Assembly: GCA_000320545.1 (NCBI GenBank) | Contig: ADNK01002407.1 | Span: 11,950-75,949 of the forward strand | From: Bigelowiella natans CCMP2755 | Taxonomy: Eukaryota; Protista; Cercozoa | Direction of reading: 5' to 3' | Length of the DNA stretch: 64,000 bases | In this document: in pieces, positions 57,108 to 64,000 of the stretch | Layout of the letters: every line of letters begins with the position of its first letter | Position numbering within the stretch: position 1 is the first letter of the stretch | Position numbers and translations under genes: made by a program | Notes under the pieces: model-generated | Databases searched by the model: none | What the model was told of the DNA's origin: nothing | What the model saw: the letters and a program-made list of their open reading frames with translations, nothing else

Positions 57108-57263
57108 AAATCGTTCCTTCAAATGCGCTATGGAAACACTTCTATCTTGCCCATTATATCATCATATGAGTACCCCGTGTAGTCCGCGCGAATGCAGCAC
57201 TTGCGGATTCGTCTCGGGCATTCTTTAATTTCGATAGAAATAAAACTTTAGTATATATATACA

Positions 57264-57305
<42 letters not shown>

Positions 57306-58002
57306 AATATACACTATTGGTACTGTTTTTCAATTCTTGTATTAGTTCCATTAGCGAGAGCAATATTCACAACAAAATTGCTCGGTTCTTGAAATGTGTA
57401 CATTGCGCCATAATTCGCAACATCGCGTTTGTGTGCGGCTACATGCGTGCATACGGTTTAGGAAATACAAGGCATTAACAAGATGCATTTATAATTATAA
57501 GTTATCATGTTTCTCCAAACGTGCTAATAGCAGCATGTGTATGACTACCTCGCGAATACCACAAAATGCGGGTAACCTCCAAACTGAGTCGCAAACAGAA
57601 TACGAGGGCAAGATATTCACAGAAGAATAACAATAACGTTCCAACAACAGTATATACACCGAAGAAGAGAAACTACACATTTAAATAGCAGCCTCATTCC
57701 AGTAGCTAACTATTGCTTATCTCTCCCCCTCTCCCCATCCAACGATCACGAGTACAACTGCAAGCTAGCACGTACCTCGAGCGCTGCGATGTAGTCAAAC
57801 ATCTCACTCAAAGTGGTGTTTGTATTGTTTACCACGCAAGTTTGCCCCGCCTTCATTCTGGAGAGGATCTGCTTTTTGCACCAACCATGCGCCGTCGAGA
57901 GATACGACTGCGGCAATAAATTCGCATATAGTTTTCATATATTTCAGTGTATTTTATCAGAAGGCATGTTCCTAAAGCACCTATATAAAATGTATATGTA
58001 TA

Positions 58003-58043
<41 letters not shown>

Positions 58044-58950
58044 CTACATCCTAATTCTACTTAGTAGAAATACTGCATTAATTTATTTAGCATATTTTCG
58101 CTGTGGATACACGATGTGTTTTCGTGTCGATGTCTTTGTTGGAATGTGAGATGTTAATAGCCCCCCCCCCCCCCTCCCCCTTCCACCTTCCCTCATTTTC
58201 CTTCCCCATTACAGGATCAAACTTGGAGTTATTGAACTTGTCAAACCAGTCGTCCGCCGCGACAACAGCGTGCGCTCCGTAAAAGTACTTTGCCCAGGTT
58301 GATTTGCCACTTCCAGGCGCTCCGATGGTGAAGACTGTTTCGATGGTGTTTCGAAGAATGAGAGAAAAGAGTGTGAGAATCACTGGCGTGTTGATAATAT
58401 CAATAGATGAATAATATAAATGTACAATATACATATATATATGATATATATATATATATAACATATTCGTGGTTTTGAGCGCTGGGTCCTTGCTGTTTTT
58501 TATCAAAGGGGAACTGTTTGCATGTTTGGATGTTCTACCTAGTGATGGCTGGGTAGCAGGAGACGTCCATCGCCTTTCCGACCTGAGAAGGATGAATCGA
58601 AACATACCCGTCACATTGCTTGGTTCTCGCTCTATTTGGAAAAGCAGCGATCTGACCAGAAAGTCGGAGGGTCAAACGGAGGGGCCGGCACTGGCTTTGG
58701 AACAATGGCCTCCCATAAAACCGAGCGGCCATAAAGGTACTCCTAAGAGTAAAGAGGAAGAAGCGTCATTTCGAAATCGAGGACGAGTAGGTCTCATGTG
58801 GCGGGGTCTAGGCAGAAATAGAGACGATCTCCTTCGTCGCTACCGCTATCGTCTTGCTCGGGAGATCGTGCCTTTGCAGTACATCGTACAGCAGGAATGC
58901 CACGCCCCGAGCATGCGCGAGAAGCTCGGGCAGGGCGTCGTCCATTTCGA
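54700..58950 (-). CDS. P-loop polynucleotide-kinase-like (N4BP2/AAA_33) domain followed by a probable 2H phosphoesterase domain, multi-exon; ends uncertain
   Basis: Walker A GAPGSGKSTWA..ADDWF and AHGWCKK..VVNNTNTTLSEMFDY (N4BP2-type). Downstream exons read LYTGIFF, FHVT (HxT) and VSVEITGFY. Confidence 0.6.
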
Positions 58951-59859
58951 TGGGGTTTGATTTGGAGGCAGCTCGTGTACTTGTGACAAAATTATTAAGC
59001 CTATTTTCAGAATTTATCTCATAAATATAGAGGATTATAGACGTATAATTTATTCTAACGACATCTGCATATTAAAAGTATCATTATAAATTTGCCGTTG
59101 CACTACAGTGAGAATTTCTAGTTCTAATCTTATTGAATTCTCTCGGAGCCGAAGAGAGAATGAAGATCCTATTATTCGTACAATTAGTGTAATTTGGATG
59201 ACGTTTGTGATAATTATACTGAATTTGTTCATTTAGTAAGAATGAGGAAACGCGAGTTTTTCTGGGATGTTTCCCCGAAAGATCCTGATCGCAGAATACA
59301 GAGATTTCTCAGAGATTATAGAGAATCGGATCTGCAAAGCTCAAGAGCAAACCTGGATGAACGGAGAAACTTTGGTCATGTCTCCTTCTAAATGCATGTG
59401 ATTTTTCACTTGAGACAAGACGTTTCACCTTTGTGTCATTTTGAAGAAGATTTGAAGGAAACGAGGGAATTATGGCATAAATCACACTGCGATCATCAAT
59501 TAACTACCTCATCCCGTTTCTACTGTGCTGTGTACATGTAGTCATAATTGATCACGGATGCTGCGGCGATCAGATCTGATTTAAAGAAAGGCTCTGGTGA
59601 CTACACTGAAAAAAGCTTCATTGTTTATATACGACATCAATTAGTGGTAGATTATGCTAATTTTTAGGACAAATTCCGCATTCCTTCTAAGTTCCGATTC
59701 TTTTGCAAACGCTAAAATTTACATGCTGTTTTGCGTCCAAGAAATACTCCTCGCCTCACCTTGGCACTTAAAACAGATGTTAAAGGATCTTTTACGGACA
59801 ATATATTATGTCGCAGTAACAAAACGAATGCTTATGTATGAGAAAAATATTTTGAACGT

Positions 59860-61337
59860 GTGATAGAAAAGTCTTAAGAACTTGCTTCCTTAAGCTGTCC
59901 ACACCCTGTCGCACTGTCGCCTGCAGGTGCAGCGCCTCTCCGATTAAAGTCACCAGGGGTTGGGGACTGCTCTGAAGGTGACCGGCCTTCATTTGTGCAC
60001 ACTTCGAATTCTTGGTTAGATCCGGAGAGTACACAAATTCCTCGAGCCTCGTTGGCTTGTTTCTGAGACCAAAATCTGTCGTTAACCTCACCGCAGCGTC
60101 GAGAGCTACAGCGAAAGAGTGGAGGTTGGTGCTACCGGGAACAAGGGAGCGAGACGGTACAAAAACAGCTTAAATTAGTTTCTTCTTTCAGACTCCACGC
60201 GGCTACTTCGTGCGCATCTTTCTCTGAGAGGGAGAGAGAGGGGGGGAGGGGGGGAGGGAGGGAGAGAACGATAGATAAATAATCGCTACATCGGTGGCGA
60301 CGTGGGAGAGAAAGAGTCCTGGTTCTTCTCTCGAATAAATATAACAAGAGTGACTCTCGCTGAGATTACTCTGATTAGAGTGTTATATTGTCTTCCTCGA
60401 AGAGAATGGACGGAAAAGAAGAGGATCGTCATTCGAGCAGCGCCAAAAGCTGCAAGCTGGTTGGCACACGAGCCGATGACGGAAACAGCACACGCGAGGC
60501 CCAATCAAGCATGGAGGTCGATACGAATATAGTTGATGGAATCTCGAGGCCAGCTCTTACAAGGCAAGTTGCTCACTCTAACCGACAGGATGTAGTTATC
60601 GGCATCACGAATAGTTATCGGCATCACGAATTTGCTGGCGTAACTGCAGCTCGTCATTTATAATTCATTCAAGTTGAGAGTTCCTGACTGCTCCTCCCAC
60701 ACCCTCCCTTCTCTTCAATGATCTTCCCGCCATTTGCATCAGGTTGGCGTCCGAGGCCGACTACTCAATCCAGGGGACATACACAGTCGATACGCGAGAT
60801 TATGAGGACCACACGTTCAGCGGTGTGTTTCTAGTTGAAGAATATCTTGCTAAGACTAGATAGATATACAATTACTTGCCATCACTTCACACATACACAC
60901 ACACACACGCGTGCGCGCGCGCACACACACACACACGCACTCTTTCACATAGAGGAAGATGGTGTGGGGAGGCGGGGGGGAGCGCGCGGAATTCGGAATC
61001 CTTACTCATCACAACTGGAACTACTTGAACTCGTAGGCATTATGTTTGACGTCGTTTGCAAAGACACGCTGCCTATTCAAAACCTAGAATTAACCCACGG
61101 TATGTGTGGCCGCGTACACGCCGGCAGCAAGCAGCAGAATACCTGCCAATCGATGGCATCGTTTACTAACACGCGTGGTTGGTGTTGTTGTTGTGCTGGT
61201 TGCTGTATTGGTGTTCCTAGTCTATGTGCGCGGGGCCTTGGGGGATATGCAGGTCGTTCCTTGATTCTCTGCCACCACTGCTCCGTTTGCTTCCCCCTCT
61301 CGCCTTATTTGAGTTCGTTAAGTTTCTTTAAATTCAT

Positions 61338-61391
<54 letters not shown>

Positions 61392-61818
61392 TGTGTTTTG
61401 GTTTGTGCGCGCAAAAGATCTTCACGTGCACAGACTCAATCCGGGGGCCGGAACCGAGGGGGGAAACGCGGGCGCTATCCTTGAAACAGGGGGTGAGTTC
61501 GTTCGATGTCCTTCACTGTTTTGTGTTGTTTTTACCTCTTGTTTTCGCCACGCCACGCGTGTAGGCAGGGTAGCATAGCGGTTGGCCTCGCCATTTTCCT
61601 TTGGCATCAAAATCAAGAGATTTAGTGAAAGACCCCCACGGGGAAGTCTGACTTCCTCTCTTCGTTTCCTCTCTCTCTGCGGCGTTTTGAGAATGCTGAG
61701 AGCTGTAGAGAACGACTGCTACTGCTACTGTGCTCGCTTTTGCTATGCTATCGTTATATTGCTCTTTCGGTTTTTTCCTTTTTTTTTGGGCCTCTTCTCT
61801 TTTGCATTCCTCGCTCAT
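59860..61818 (-). CDS. Probable multi-exon gene, unknown function
   Basis: Protein-like ORF segments at 61513-61818 and 59870-60130 separated by microsatellite-bearing intron-like DNA; frames not resolved. Confidence 0.3.
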
Positions 61819-62106
61819 TGATCGCTGCTAACAAACGACGGCCAGGCCAAAGTCGAGAAGCATCTTGACCCAGAGCAATGGCGCTGCGTGCATAAAGAAA
61901 CCCACCAGCCGAGCACGGACGAGTTGAAGGCGATGAAGCTCTCCCCCCCCGTCATCGTAACGCCAGGGAAAACAATTGGGTGTGCTGACGCAAGTCATGT
62001 TTGACGATTAAAGGAGAAAGGGGCGGCGGGCTGGGGTGGGGGAAAGATGGGGGAGTCGCGCGAAAAGGAGGATTAACTTTAGTATATTTTAAAATAGTTA
62101 AATTTG

Positions 62107-62162
<56 letters not shown>

Positions 62163-62393
62163 ATGTACACATATAATATTTACGGCGTCAGGTTATACGT
62201 GCACTCTCGTGCAGCCCATGACCAAGCTATTGTATATAATAATCGTCGCTCAGAGGTGCTACAAATCCTACTACCACCACTACAACCACCACTACTACTG
62301 CTACTCTTTAAATGATGCCAGCAATATAGCTGAATCGATAATGCTGTCTTTGATTAAGCATTCTTTTCTAGGAGGCTTATCGTACGCACGCAT

Positions 62394-62462
<69 letters not shown>

Positions 62463-62822
62463 CTCTTTCTCTCTCTCTCTCTTTCTCCCTCTCCTCAATG
62501 CCCCCCCCCCCATCCTTGAGAGCGAAGGCCTCGTCGTCGTTGTCGTGTCAGCACTTCCTTGCAATGGCGTGAGCTGTCTCTGCTGTGATGCGCTGCTTAT
62601 AGGTGACTTATGAGGACAGACATTTCAGGGTTATGCCAGGCCTCGCTCACGTTCGGCAATCGTCTTTGTTGTTATTTAAATCAGGAAACCGTCAAACCAC
62701 GCACTGTTCCCACGATGCTTCCGCGAAATGGTAAAGGCTGTATGCATGCATGCATCATATGCGTACGAATGTGCGGGGGGGGGGGGGGGAGGTGGGAGGG
62801 GGGTTAAAAATATATAAAAATC

Positions 62823-63070
62823 ATGCCGTCTGGACGCAGCAAAAACGACGAGGAGAACACACAGAGATTTAGAATGGTGAGAGGAGTAAAGCGAAAGACG
62901 CTGGAAAACCGGATAGCGAGTGTGAAACATTCTGAACTAGCGGCTTTTCACACCCGAAACCAATCACCACAAATCCAAATGCCACCTTACGTCTGCGCGC
63001 CTGACGTCATTTTGATGGCTTTTGCTGTAACTGCTTTATAGCGGCTGGTGGTGATCGAGGACGATCAGAA

Positions 63071-63116
<46 letters not shown>

Positions 63117-63241
63117 CATAGGTGATGGTTTTGCTGCGGTGCCATAAGCACCGAGGCAGCAGCCTCTCGATCCTGCCAAAGCGAGTGCTTCTATATATCA
63201 TCAACTTTTGCGCCTACGACTGGGCCGGAATACCCGAGGAG
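62823..63241 (+). CDS. Probable gene fragment (continues 3'), unknown function
   Basis: Exon-like MPSGRSKNDEENTQRFRM|GTGAG and AG|VMVLLRCHKHRGSSLSILPKRVLLYIINFCAYDWAGIPEE|GT. Confidence 0.35.
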
Positions 63242-63357
63242 GTGGGAAAGAAAAAGGGGCACGGGGGAAGGGGGGGGGGGGGGGTTTGCTTGGAAGGGGC
63301 GATGGGTAAAATTATGATGATAATTGGATGGAATTGATGATGATGATGGGAAAAAAT

Positions 63358-63396
<39 letters not shown>

Positions 63397-64000
63397 GGGG
63401 GGATGTGGGTGGGTGGGGGGGTGTGTGTGTGCCTATCTTCCGTTGCGAAAATGCGAGATCTACAGCACAAACTTCCAGCACAAAACGCATTTTTTGGGGA
63501 AAAAAAACAGCATCATCCAAAACACAGCCTTGAATCGAGGCCCTGCCGTTCAACCGCCCCCCCTCTTGGGGGGCCCTCGTTTCCTCCATGGTCTGTTTGA
63601 TCTGGGGCCTTCCCCACAACTGAAAGGGAACGAGCGGGCCGCAAATAAACGATTTTGCAGCAACAAGCGAAGGCGGAGGGGGGGACAAGGCCATTCCATT
63701 CAAAGGGAGGGGTGAGGATAAACGGGGACACTCCCTCAAGGGAGCGAGGGTATTCCCTCCCCCAATGGCCATTCCTCGTTTCCTTCCCTTTTTAAGTCCT
63801 CCTAAGCCCATCCAAACCCGAGAAATGTGTGTGTGTGTCTGGTGGGATATTTATTGCCCGGGGTTTTTTTCCCCCCTCCCGCCCATTTTGCAAGATCCCC
63901 GCCGCGCCCCCCCTGGTGAATTCCCTTTTTTTTTGTTGGGGTTGGTAGTTGTTGGGGACCTCAGCAAAGGGCACAAATTTATATCCCCAAAAAAAAAGTT

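Noticed and set aside
63300-64000. G/C homopolymer-rich sequence suggestive of G-quadruplexes (also ~4520-4690 and ~5750-5800)
   Set aside because: The pattern of inflated homopolymers looks like low-quality consensus, so structure or coding cannot be supported.

Overview
Eukaryotic nuclear DNA from an intron-rich, flagellated unicellular host; BBS8 and a TTLL polyglutamylase are present, but the lineage cannot be fixed from this window. Recognisable spliced genes are DPH4, a TTLL tubulin polyglutamylase, BBS8/TTC8, ERH, a P-loop kinase + 2H phosphoesterase, and several unknown genes, with introns packed with (TA)n/(CA)n/(GA)n/poly-G tracts. Accessory content comprises the 3' part of a Ty3/Gypsy LTR retrotransposon (with a Dam-methyltransferase-like C-terminal domain), a degenerate APE-RT LINE interrupted by a 384-bp TIR element, a ~36-unit one-exon-per-repeat ankyrin array, and WD40, ubiquitin and tyrosinase pseudogenes. 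The most striking signal is a set of sharply bounded, mostly intergenic/TE tracts (largest 38.3-45.6 kb) in which TpA has been almost entirely converted to TpG or CpA, with survivors essentially confined to CTA/TAG/CTAG contexts. Conserved Tyr codons have become His or Cys, and local repeat copies differ specifically by TA vs TG/CA. This looks like a strand-symmetric A:T->G:C hypermutation process, the reverse of fungal RIP, and I know of no described system that matches it. All counts are manual reads and need computational confirmation.
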